Positions 23,521 to 37,340 of a stretch of 64,000 nucleotides of DNA are shown in pieces. Origin of the DNA: Magallana gigas (taxonomy: Eukaryota). Made by a program: the position numbers and the translations under genes. Under the pieces are notes generated by a model, which saw only the letters and a program-made list of their open reading frames with translations, was not told where the DNA came from and did not search any database. Position 1 is the first letter of the stretch. Each line of letters starts with the position of its first letter. The stretch spans positions 41,292,001-41,356,000 of the forward strand of contig NC_088858.1 in assembly GCF_963853765.1 (NCBI RefSeq), read 5' to 3'.

Positions 23521-26500
23521 CTATCAAACTACCAAGTACCTGCTGGCCTCCCCAGTAGAAATTCTGTTGCAGATGTTCCTTCCAAGTTCACATGGATTGT
23601 TCTTTGGTTGATTTACCCCAGATTCATTTAACGCGTACTTGGTGAATTCAGCTTGTGATTGCTCAATCGGTGTTTTCATATTGATAACCTCCCATTTAAA
23701 CCTGTTGATAACAAAAACGTAAAGTACCTGAACAGGACCCACGAGTAGACAATTCGTTTTCTTCTTCACCCTCCTTTGGTATATTCATGCGTTCTTTGAT
23801 GGTCTACTGTTGCTTCTCAATAAGTTCCACCAACTGATAAATGGGATTATTCTGATCCTCCAGTAGTCCATTGAATGGCATGTTGGTTTTTTAAAGAACT
23901 CATTTGGGTGTTATAATAATGATAATTAATGTACATGTATATAATACTGTTTACACCTAGTAGTAGAATTTCAGGGAATATCACTATTTCTTTAAGCTCA
24001 TAAGTGTCCCAACACTCTCTCTGAGATAAAATTTCATAAACACAAACCATGACAGAAATCTTTCTTAAATAGATAAAACTTTTTTTCATTTTTAAAGCTG
24101 AACATAAACAGTTAATCTAATTTTGGAATTTACCCGTTTATCAGGAAAACGGGTCCTCAGACCTATAATTTTTACAGCAGCTTTTACATCAACCATGTTA
24201 CACAACACCTTGTTTTTGAACCTCATTTTCTAAGCTGCATCATAAAACATCTCGAACACTTCGCTGCTTCTTGGGTCAAATGCTACAAAATATTTAATTT
24301 TTTGCCATGGGTCGTTACCTTTTACAAAATGGCCCCATGTCTTTTTTCAATCAGTGCATTACATTATATAGTTGATCATTGACTTCGTCTCAATAATTTA
24401 TCTAGGCATCACCTGTAATTTCTAAAACTAGGACATTTGATTACAGCCTGTTTACCCATTCGCAACAGTCTCCTATTATGTCGATGATCAGCTTTCCATT
24501 CTTTCAAGCAGACTGGACCAATGATGCAGCATAGAAGGTTCGTGTTAACTCTTCAACAGCTTCCCTCAGACATAGACATATACTCAACAACCCATTGCTC
24601 TCTTCAAATTGATCTTGCACTTCTAGACAATGAAATGGGTTGACAAAGAAAACCCCAGGCATGTCTTACCTACATACTGTATTATTTCATTGACTGTTAC
24701 AATACTCCTTAACCTCTTGTACTTGTGAAAATGTTAAGACTATGAACTTGTAAATGGTCAGAATTCTCTTATTACAACAGCTGGATCTATCTACAAAGTA
24801 TATTACCTTGCACTTCGGACAAAAAGCTTTCCCAAACCTCTTCATTCATTGGACTAATCACAAAAGCACTCTAACTTTCTGCACATATCAGGGCTATAAA
24901 AAATTAACTTCACCCCAACTATCATACACAACAGCTAATTTCACTTTATAGTTATTTAAATTTCATTTTGTTAGAAGACAGAATATTATTTTCACATTTA
25001 AAATCAAATAAATGGGATTTTTATTTTACCAAAGGCTACCTTTCAAGAATAATCAGGGCTTGGATCACTATTGTGTGCATGGACATAGCACGTTGACTCC
25101 TCACAACATATATAATTAACAAAAACATTACACTACGAAGACTGTTGACTTCTGTTGAATCTGGAGATGCTGCAACTCTGGTATGCATGGATATGCATGT
25201 TGACTCCCTCACAAGCGGTTGTGTTGACGCGTCAAGGTGCACGGACATGCATTGATGAATCCAAGGAGACAAGCAATAAACTGCTTTTTAATCAGCACAG
25301 AAGAGTACCTATTCTTTAGATTCTCACCGAATATGCATGGATATGCATGCCGATTCCCCTCTGGTACCAGTGTCTTCATCTATAAAAGAATACCTCCGCT
25401 ACCCTCTAATCATTTGTGTGCATGGAAATGCATCGTAGACTTCAATCCGGCGTCTATGCTACAAATTCAATTCACTCCAAACACATGCATTCAACTTTAA
25501 AAATGGTCTAGTGAAATATGTTTTTTAAAGATATTAATGTTTTGTATCTTAGAGACGAAGTGTTTTAAACTGACTTGCCTTTCAGAGTATTTCCTTTTAA
25601 AAATGACAAATATTTTAGATTTTCAGTTAAATGAATGTTTGCAAATTTTTAACATAAAAGCCAAGTTTCACAATTGAAAATATACTTTCATTTGAGAGTT
25701 TTACAGCTTTATGAATATTTGCAAATTTTAAACGCCTTGTTTCATAATATATATCTTTGAAGACGTTTTGTTGATTTCTGACTAAAGGGCTTCGTAGCCG
25801 TGTTCATGGATTATGTTTATCTAGTATTTTGTGCATAGGTGCTAATCAACGTTTCCATATTGGTCTACATCCGAAATTCAAAACAATTATTTAAAATCAG
25901 TTTCAAGACATTACATTTTCTGAGGATACTATATTACTGCTAGGTCTACCGTATGTCTTTTACACCTTCAGTACCTTATCTGGTGACTTCTCTACAGTGT
26001 CCATGTATTCAACGTGTTGTTTAACTTTCATACAACCAGCTTGATATGCTTCAGTATAAACGACCAGGTGCAACATCAATGTTTATAGAGTATAGTGCCA
26101 TTTCACAATTTTTGGACGCTGCTTTAAGGACCATTTCACCAAGATCACTTTAATGGAAATGAATGCAAAATATGCTGAAGCTGTTGAGGCAAGGAGAAGT
26201 CAGTAGCATGGAGCGTGTAACAGGCTCAATACATCACTGGGTCACTCTCAAGAATAGGTCACCTTAAACTTGTCATGTCACCTTTGCATTGTCTTAAGGT
26301 TCAACTTTTATTACAGCACTTCTTAATCTCTGAAAAAGACCTTGATTACTGGCAATGTTGACCCACCCCCATTAAAATGTTTCTTTGTCAATTTTTTTAA
26401 ACAATTCATAAAAAACTTTGTATAGTAGGCATTTCTTTCAAATATTATCCCCTCTTGAAAAATACCTGTTACATGTCTGTCCCTGATTAAATGATCAAGC

Positions 26501-28430
26501 TCCATTTTTTAGAACAATGACTGGTCACCAGCAAGATTGTTCGGACGGACAAAATCAGCAAGGGGCAGGTAAATCTGTTCCATAATCTGTAAAAACTGAA
26601 CTCTCCCAGCCCCTACCCCCGAGAACAAACCCAAACTAAGAACATAACTTTACAACAAATTACCTTCCTCAAGGTGGCCTCATGGGTCCTTGAGCAGCTT
26701 ATTTGATTGACAACTTCACACGTTTTAGATGGCAGGATCCTCTGCTCAACTTAACTCTGGGGGGTCATTGTTCAGGGACAAATCTTGGATGCATTCTCTA
26801 TTTTATGGGACCCACGCGTTTCTTTGAAACGATGATAGACAATTTTCTCAAGAAAATCCAGACAATAGGCTTTGATAGTGATGGAAGAAGTTTTCATCAA
26901 AATTCTATAGAGATGATGAAAGCTGAAACAACCAATCAAATTCAATAACATTGACTTTCTCAAAATTTACAAATGTTTTCCATTATGATTTAACATTAAA
27001 AACTGTGCTACTTCGAGGTTCAAACATGCAAGTTTTCCTTTTATATTACCTTCCAACAGGTACCACCTTACTTTAATTCAACATTATAGATTATTTCTTT
27101 TTTTAATATTGTCATGGTCAGGGTTTCAGTCTGGTCCTCGGGTCTGTTTTAAATTCTCTTTAAATGCAAGAACCAGGAGACGTATCCTCCCACTCATCAA
27201 AGTGTACACCAGAAGCAATGAGTCAGCTCCCAGGTAATTCAATCATAAATTCTTGATTGGGACAATCATGATGCAAGCAAGCTGTGAAATGTTAAAGTTA
27301 TAATTTCAGAGTTTGAAAGATGAAGTTTCATTTATTCACCTTCTAGTCAAGCAGAAAACTACAACAGAATTTGACATTTAATATAATTTACTTGTCAAAT
27401 AGCCAAAATTCAGTTTTAGCTTTTTTCTCACTTGATTTAACCGAGGGCGAGGAAATGAACTCTGAATTTTATACAAAATATCATTGCCCATAGTCGATTA
27501 CCACTGTAAAGTTAAAAGTTTTTAACATTATCTGGTTTTTGAAAACTTTTGTTCGATCTACAAACCATATATACAGCAGAACACTGGGAGGTGGGTCCCA
27601 AACACAATACCTCTTTCATACATGCTAGTAAACGCAGGGAGGAGGATCACATCCATCCCATTAGTGGCAGATCTGAGGGATCGCTACATTTGGCAAAATA
27701 CCTACTACGGGGGACAGCAAGTGGAATTATGCGAGGTCAGTGAGGAATTTCTCTGCCATTATCATCCACACAAGACAGCCATGGACGTTCTTATGGAATG
27801 CCATTTTCTTAGATCTTTAATGAATGGGAATACCAAAGGCAGAAGCTAACATGGCGACAAACAGCACCAGGAATGGGGGAATCTTGAGGAGGGCCGGGAC
27901 GCTGGGTCCACTATCATCTGATTCATCAGAATACAGTCTAGTCTACACGAGCTGACCCTAACGATGTTGCAATGAACAGCCAAACATTTCAATGTCAGAG
28001 CCTCGTCGGACCCTGTACTGCAATAAATCATCGTGAAATGTTAAATTTAGAATAATATTAATTTTGTAAACAAGATTTATTCATTTATTTGATATTATCA
28101 ACAAATAACAAAACAAGTTGAACACATAGCGGTAAAAAATACTAAAAAACTGAGAAATGTTACCTGACCCAATACTTAATAACAAACTTATCTAAATTAA
28201 ACGATCTCCCCCTTTTACATCTACATCCACCGAGTGGAAATTATGATCGGCGTCCATCGAGTTTCCTAAAGTCCTCTTCCCTCCCAAAACCCTTTTCACA
28301 GTACTATGAATGAGAGCACAAATATGAGCATTTCTTGAAAATTTCTTCTTCTTTGACAGCAGTCTTTTCACCAGCTGAGTTCTTATTTCTCGTTTCCGGT
28401 CTCCATGAAAAGTGGGCGCCATTTTGGAAT
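23520..28430 (-). pseudogene. Decayed coding-like patches of unknown family, possibly the 5' part of the same relic gene
   Basis: Moderately GC-rich patches (about 24100-24670, 25030-25460, 26020-26340, 26470-26600, 27060-27240) give plausible peptides broken by stops, and several are bounded by splice-like sites. No family recognised. Confidence 0.3.
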
Positions 28431-28960
28431 TTCAACTTCACATGAAAAGTCGTTCAAATCGAAAGATTCACAGAATTATGAATATATGCTTACATCACAA
28501 TTACACCCATATAAATAATCTTTTTTAAAAAAAAACTTTAAATGCTAAGAAATCAAACAAATAACAAATTGTAACAAATTACACCAATCCGTTACGCGAC
28601 ATAGTTCATAGTGCATCTCCGCTTCCCTCGTGAAATGCTTGCGAATGAAGTTCCTTGTATTTATACCTTTCTGCTGAGGATCACTGCGCGTAATGACAGA
28701 TCAAATAGTGCACAAAGTTTAACAAAATACTACAAAGAATTGATATCAATTAAGCATAAATTTATACATATATACAATCAATTTTTCAATTTGTGTTAAA
28801 ACATGTATCGTTTAAGAAAATATATTCAATATTTTATAATAATATTTAGAAAAACAACGGACGGATATTGAAGTAAAAAGTCCTTCGCCGATGACGTGGA
28901 AACCGGATTGAACCGGTTTGATATCGATCTTGTATGACTCGTCATAATCTAAAAATAGAC
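28400..28960. promoter_or_regulatory. CpG-enriched promoter-like region
   Basis: YY1-type CCAAAATGGCGCC on the minus strand at 28415-28427 (overlapping an ATG), TGACGTGG at 28892-28899 and MEF2-type CTAAAAATAG at 28949-28958. Confidence 0.4.
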
Positions 28961-31038
28961 GTCTAGCCAACGCATTAAATACGTAATTCCAACGACATAT
29001 AGATCTATAGGTTCTATCTATTAATTGTTCTTATCATTGCTTAAGTGAAGAGCTTCTAAGACTTCAAAACAAAACGAATTTGTTAAACTCTCTAAGCAAT
29101 AAAACAAATTTGTTTACTATATAACTTAACATATATTTATTAAACTTCGTTGTTTAAAACAAAGGGATGGGAATGTATCGATTTTCGTTTTAAAGTAAAG
29201 TTTTTCATGTCAGCAATGGAATCACCTACTGAGTATACTGGAATGTATATAAAAGGGACAAGTTATATTCCAAGAATTCTTGTACTTGTGATCACAAATA
29301 GTTTCATTAATTAAAACATTATGCTTTTTGACACTACATATAGTTATTTAGAATTGATGACTTGTGTAAAGAGTCCAAGTTCAGTTTTATAATATAGCTA
29401 ACAGCTAGGCAGTGACACCCTTTATATCCAGCAATTAATGGATTAGTAGCTAAGACAAATTAGGCCTGTAAGGCACAATGTAACACTGGACCTTTTCACA
29501 ATTCATGTCGGTTTGTGAGCAGCCTCAGACATAAATAACACTGTTATATAATATGTCTCTGGTTGTGAATATTAATATAGATTGCAAGTGCATGTCTCTC
29601 CAGCTGGATTCACCCTTATAGCAGATACATTTACAATGGAGGAAACATGTACTAAATATAACATTTATAAATATTTATTAGCAAAAAACTATACAGTCTT
29701 CAGGCTACATAAATAGACATTTAATGTATGCAAGTGGTTTTACAAATACAGACATGTAACCCTATATCTTCAATATTTATTAGTATATTACTTATTAAAT
29801 AAGTATTGACATGCACCAGTTGAATAGCATTTTGAAAAAAGAAATTATTTGAGAGATGTTGTCAAATCTAACCTATACATTAATCATTTGTTCAAACTTA
29901 AAAAAGGAAAGGCTTGACCATGCAGTATATATCTAGTACTTATGACATAGATTCAATTAATGCCAATGACTGTGTTTTGGGATATCCAAGTTGACAGAAA
30001 TGAAACATGTCTTTGAGTTTATTCAATACTAGTACATGTATATGTCAACAATGCTAATTCCTTTTCAGTTTGACTATGCCCAAATCATACATCAGCTCAA
30101 TACTGGCGAGAAATACAAAGAAAAGTCCATCTGAAGATCTGTACAATTTTTATTAGTCTATAAATAGTCAGCTGTTGGTCTATTTTAATTGATTTCTAAG
30201 ATGCAATTCCTGATCTACAAGTCATCACTATAAATATATTGGTTCACAAAAAAAAAAAACAATTGAGTGAGACCGATGATTCAACATCTATAAAATATTA
30301 CATGATCGTAAATCATAAAAAAAAAAAATAAAATTCAATAATTGATAAATTTCTCAGAAAAGTAACAATTAAATACATATACATGTAATTCTACAACTTT
30401 TGATAAAAAAGATGATATTCAATTTGAAACCTTTAATTATCTAAAAAAGTAAAATGTGCAACAAAACATTGATTTTCGGGTTATGTTCTGGCTATTGGCT
30501 TCTGGGCACAGCTTGGTCACTTAATCAATTATTATCAATCAAAACACAACAGTAACAATCAGTACTTGTAAATAAAATACATTTCCATTTTGTTTTCTGG
30601 ATATAGTAGTATACAGAAGGTACCTTTATGATAATTGTAATGCTAGAAATGAAAAGATCTGTCATATCATCTCATTTCAATGCTAGATTCAATCCAATAT
30701 CTGATTAAAATCAGATCCTCGATCTGATCTTTGTTTTTCTAGTGTAGCAACAATTTCAATCAGATTGAAATTTATTCATTCCAATTACACAAACATTTAC
30801 AAATCAATTAGATTGGTCAACAATTACTCAGGGACACACTTATATAGATATATAAACCCAAAACAAAAAAAGTATGACAAACATTGGTTTTAGGCTTCAA
30901 TAAGAAAATAGTGCAAAATCATCAAATCCATAGCTATCATGGTTGGAATCCTTTTTTTTTTTTTAAGTATAATGAATAATCCTGTGGATCAATGTTATTT
31001 ACAAATATAGATCACTGCAACAGTTCTCTCTGTGGCTC

Positions 31039-31065
31039 TCAATTCTTTAGATTCTTTATATCGAG
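31039..31065 (-). CDS. S9 peptidase exon 14 (terminal)
   Basis: Acceptor TTTTCTTTTCAG, then LDIKNLKN-stop; phase 0 matches exon 13. Confidence 0.7.
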   Translation of the reverse strand, partial: LDIKNLKN

Positions 31066-34000
31066 CTGAAAAGAAAATTAAAGAATGAATTAGAACATGT
31101 ACCGGTACTTAGTTTTTTTCCCTGATTTGTTATTTTAAAATGTTTCTAACTATATAGCTAGATTCCTAATAATTGGAGATTTGTATTTTGTGTAAGAAGT
31201 CACTAAAGAAAAAATAAAGAAGTAGTAACTTTATATATTTACATTTTCAACTGTCTTTGTGTGTGGTAACATTACAAATCAATTTTGAGCCTATAACCCA
31301 ATAATTTCAAAAAAGATGAGCGACACAATAAGGTAGTGTCTTTAGCATAACTGAAAAACGGTATTGGCTGCGCTGTGCAGTAATAAAACATAACATGCCG
31401 CATGAAAAAATAGTGGTTTTGAAATGTTGTTTTAAAGTGTAAAAATTGGAAATAATATATATATAGGACAAGTAATAAGGAATCATTCTTTGAATATTAT
31501 GCGGGGATAATTTCGGTCGGAGCGTTGTCAAATCTATCATAAAGCCCTTTAGGCTTTATTGGATTTGACCACGCCCCAACCAAATTATCACCTCATAACA
31601 CTCAAAGAATGATTCCTTATATTCCTTAAATATTCTTATACCTGTTTATTATACTTTAAAATTGTTATGTTAACACAACATTTGTAAAAATACTTTGATG
31701 AAAAGCCAATGCCCCAGATAAAATAAGTAACAAGTAAGAATATATACTTGCAAAAATAAAGCAACTATATAATTAACACTGTCTGAATTATACATGTAAC
31801 TGCAGGTCTGTAGATTCCTGGTCTGAAAAGAATTCAGAAGGACAACCTGGAAGCCACATTTCCGTATGTGTAAAAAAGTTGCAATTTACGGCGCACAAAA
31901 ACTTGCACTAGTTCTCAGACCGGGGACCTACAGACCTGCAGCTATATCTGAATATGCATTTGTATTTTTAAAAAAATCGTAAAACAAAACAAACCTAAAC
32001 ATATACCGGTATATATATAAGGAATAAGGAATCATTCTTTGAGTATTATGGGGTGATAATTTTGGTCGTGGCGTGATCAAATCCAATAAAGCCCAAAGGG
32101 ATTTATGATAGATTTGATCACGCCCCGACCGAAATTATCACCTCATAATATTCAAAGCATGATTCCTTATTACTTATATTTATATAATTTTAAGCCACCG
32201 TACGATTAAATATTTAAATATAAATAAGCAAACCCCGGTGCCTCAATTTGGCGTCATTTGTATTATGGGTTATATAGTACAAAATCGATACGCAGTGTTA
32301 TCACAGGCAAAGGCACTGGAAAATGTAAATATATATATAATTTGGACTTACTGAGATGTGTTTATCTGCTGGCTCAAAACCAAAAACTTTGGCAAAAAAA
32401 TAGAACTCCCCATCCAGAGCCTTTTGTATGTTTTCAGCTTTTCTGAATCCATGTTGTTCTCCTATTGATTAAACAATCAAGAACAGCTTATGTTCATTTT
32501 ATTAACTAATCATATAGGAATATAGCTAAAATATATTTACTTCAAAATTTTTTTAAAGAAATTCTAATATGTACATTTTTCCTGTATAATGATTATGAAA
32601 GTGACATATATTCTACTTTTTCAATTCTAGGCATGAAAGGTAAACCACTAATTTTAACACCATATGATACTTTTGTGCATATGCTGCATTGCAGTTATTT
32701 CAGTGGCCCCAGAAATGGTTATCATCTTATAAATATGGTATCTACCTAGCAGCGTTCATTACTGACCTTTGAACATGACCAATACTGTTGGTAGGCCTTT
32801 GGCCATAACAGCTTCGTACATCATCTCAGCCTGGTTAGGAAGAACAATCTGAAAATAAAGGCGTACATTCAATCAGTTGCCAGGCCTCCTGAAGGAAAAA
32901 ATCCAACACTGAAACATAAAATAGTGAATGTCAAACCTTGTCTTCATCCCCTTGGAAGAAAGCCATTGCACAATTAAGTTGATCAACATAGTTTATTGGA
33001 GAGCGTTCCTTGTAAATTTTGACGGTTTCTGCAGAGTATGGTGCAATAAGATTGTCAATGTATCGACTCTCAAACTTGTGTGTATCTCTGACAAGAGCTT
33101 CTAAATCCCCTATTCCATAATGGCTAGCACCTGTTTAAAATTTAAAACTATAAAAGCCATTTTTGAAATCAAGAATTATGCATTGAGAATCGTTTAAAAA
33201 ATCTAAGCTTCAAAGAAATTTTACAAATAAATTTTTTTTCATTAAAGTTCAGCACTTTTATTATTTTATACTGTTAAAATCCCATGCGAAACATAATTAT
33301 CTAAGACAAAGTGAAAATAAAAGTGCTAATGTTTAATATGCTTAATACATCATTGATTCTAATCAGCCTTTTAATCTACCTGGTATTACATAGACAGGAA
33401 TTTATTATATTCTCCCCCCCTCAGTGTACTCTAACCTGCTTTAAATACGGTCCTGAAGGCTAGACAGGCTAACGTAGTGTATCCCCCCGCAGATCCCCCA
33501 TCAATACACAGACAATTCTTGTCTACACGACCCTCTTCCGCTAGAGCCTGAGCCCCACTACTGCAATCATCCACATCATAGATTCCCCACCTAGATGGAA
33601 GATTGACATACATGTACATGTATATCGCACATTTCAAATTGCAAAGAAAAAATTTAATTTGATATTTTTAAAAATACCATTTTAATACATGTACAATGTA
33701 CAATTGTGGTAACTCTTGGTAACTGGGTAACATTTTCTGTTTAATTTAATTTTGAATTAGTTAATTAACTTAATTTTTCATTAAAATGGTCATTAAGACC
33801 ATTGGATATCTGGATTACAGCTAAAAATTTACTTTGTTTTTAGTTTGTTCCTGTATGCAGTTCCAAAACCAAAACTTCCTCTGTAGTTAACATCCAAAAC
33901 TGCAAATCCTCGACTTGTGAAGTATTGAATACCCAGAGCTATTGTGTTGGAGCTGTAGCCTGCAAATTAGATGTGAATCAAACATGTATATTTTAAAAAA

Positions 34001-37000
34001 AACATACAAATCAGCAAATCTAATCTGAGTTACCTATTACATGTACAGTAAAACTCGGTTTTAACAAATTCATAGGGACCACTGAATTTAATGACGGATC
34101 ATGAGATTTCGTTGTGGCTCAGTTTTGTGGAATTCGTGGGTACCTCTCAACCATGAACTAACAACCTCCACGAGTTAATACATTAGATTGTAAAGTCATA
34201 TTTCCATTTGTAGGGATAAGAAAATACACGAAATTACGTCCCCATTAACTTATAACATTTTAGCAATTCGTGAAAATTGGCCACAACGAATTTTCATGAT
34301 TCCACTGTACTTAATTATATCTGTAATTTGTTATATTCGTATCACAATTTGTAATAATAAGCATAGCGAATTTGTTATATACATGGTTCCTTCCACATGA
34401 CTATCATTTGAAATGTGTTTATTGCAGCATTATATAAAAAAAAACCTTACAATAATTGGATTGTTAACAAAGTAATTTGTGTGGAAATAATCTAATTCAA
34501 ACAATAGTGTTACCAGTAATAATATCGCCTTCTTCTAACACTATAAAAATTATTGTTGTAAAAACCGTTATTTTTCATTTCTATGGGACTCAAAATAAGT
34601 TTGCTAATTTAATCCTTTAATTTGTTACAACCAATTTCTTGATTTTTGAAAAACCCTTCAAAAGTCTCAGTAACACACACACACACAAACAAAATTATAA
34701 AAATCTACTGACAACATTTCCTTCCTTCCAAATTTCTTGTTTAAACAGTACTAGTTCTGATCTAAGAGTTTGATGATGTTTGCTGATAAAAAAATTGGGG
34801 AGGTATGTACTAGTACAAGTAATATAGTATGGGCTAAATATCACATTATAAGAGGCAATAAGTGAAACAATTAAATCATGCCACACCTGTAGGTCCTCCA
34901 TGTGCCTTGACAAGAAGAGGGGGGAGGGTTCCCTCAGGAGCACTGTAATCCTTGTTCTGTGGAGTGTACAAGTATCCATAGCACACATCATTGTCCGAAG
35001 TCTTCCAGGTGTAATTTTCTGGGACACTAAAATAGCCCTTATCTAGGGATAGAGACTTGGAAACACGCAATTCTTTAATCTATAAAAGAAAGTTCTGGTA
35101 GTCAAACATTTAGATCTACCAGTTTAAGGGATGAAATCTTCATCTTCAACTAAATTTAGTGAATTTTTTATACAAATCTATGATGGCAAATCTATAGAAA
35201 AAGAGCAAAAGGGAGATTAAGATTATGATTTTTATTCAATAGTTATTTGTTGACTTTTGACTGATGAATGGAAATAATCCTACCTCCCCTGAGAGAGTGT
35301 TCAGCTGTACTATGCAGGGGAATTTTGTAGGACTCCCCACTTCACAATAAAGCTCTCCGTTCTGACCAAATGTCAGCATGTTGTGTGATGTACAATTTGT
35401 CTCCAGCTTCTTATATTCTTTTGTTTTTATGTCTAATTTTAAGATTTCCTGGAAATTAAAACAAGAGGCCAATTGGCCTTAACGGTCACCTGAGTAGCAT
35501 ATATCCAATACAAAAACTTGTCATGGAGTCTCATATATGCATCTATAATTAATTAGGTTTCATACTGGAGTAGAAAAATTATAAATTTGTAATGACAACC
35601 ACATTTAATTCAAAAAGAACTGTGAAACCTATAATTTTGGTGAAAAACTAAAAGATCTGGTCTACAAAATAATGAATTCAGTTTTCCTTTCAGGTGTGTG
35701 GGAGTAAAGAAGATAATTTTTTAACGTTATATGCATTAACATCTATACATCCATTTTGGCCCTGCCCTAGAGTCAAAACCCATACCCCAGGGGACATGAA
35801 AATTAAAATTTCAGTAGAGGACTTCCTGGTAAACATAATTATTAGTCGGTTTTTTTTATACAGATGTGTGAGAATAGAGAAGAAGATTTTTAAACATTAT
35901 ATGCATTAACACTTTATTGCCATATTGCCCCCCCCCCCCTCATGTCCTGAACCCCTGACCCAGGGGCCATGAATTTCACAATTTAGGTAAAGGAGATTGT
36001 GGATATCATAACCATGTATTCAGTTTTTTTGCCCACATGTATGGGAGTAGAGAGGAAGATTTTTTAAGATTTAAATCATTTTTACTATATGGCCATATTG
36101 GCCCCACCCTAGAGCATGAACACCTAACAAAGGGGTCATGAATTTCACAATTTTAGTAGAAAGTCTCATGGACATCATAATCATGCATTTAGTTTTTAAC
36201 AAATATATATGGGAGTAGAGAAGAAGATTTTCTAAGATTTAATACATTTTTACTATTTGGCCATATCGGCCCCACCCTAGAGCCTGAACCCCTGACCGAG
36301 GGGTCATGAATTTCACAATTAAGGTAGAAGGCTTCATGGACATCATAACCATGCATTTAGTTTTTAACAAATATATATGGGAGTAGAGAAGAAGATTTTC
36401 TAAGATTTAATACATTTTTACTATTTGGCCATATCGGCCCCACCCTAGAGCCTGAACCCCTGACCGAGGGGTCATGAATTTATCATTTTTGGTAGAGGGC
36501 TTCATGAACATCATAATCATGCATTTAGTATTTAACAAATATATATGAGAGTAGAGAAGAAGATTTTCTAAGATTTAATACATTTTTACTATATGGCCAT
36601 ATTGGCCCCACCCTAGAGCCTGAACCCCTGACCGAGTGGTCATGAATTTCACAATTTAGGTTGAGGGCTTCATGGATATCATTATCATGCATTTAGTTTT
36701 TAACAAATATATATGATAGTAGAGAAGAAGATTTTCTAAGATTTAATACATTTTTACTATTTGGCCATATTGGCCCCACCCTAGAGCCTGAACCCCTGAC
36801 ACAGGGGTCAAGAATTTCACAATTTAGGAAGAGGGCTTCATGGACATCATAATCATGCATTTAGTTTTTAACAAATATATATGGTAGTAGAGAAGAAGAT
36901 TTTCTAAGATTTAATACATTTTTACTATATGGCCATATTGGCCCCACCCTAGAGCCTGAACCCCTGACCCAGGGGCCATAAATTTCACAATTTTGGTAGA

Positions 37001-37303
37001 GGGCCTCATGGACATCATAACCATGCATTCAGTTTTTTCCTCACATGTGTTGAATTAGAGAAGAAGATTTTTGAAAATTTGGCTTTTTTTGCATATTTGG
37101 CCCCACCCGTGGCACCCCAGGGGTGGTAGAGCCATAAATTTCACAATTTAGATTCTTCTTACCATAGAGATGCTTCACACCAAAAATGGTAACGATTGGC
37201 CTAGTAGTTTTCAAGAAGAAGTTAAAAATGTAAAATTGTTAACGCACGACGCACGACGCACAACGCACGACGCACAACGCACGACGACGGACGAAGACCA
37301 ATT

Positions 37304-37340
<37 letters not shown>

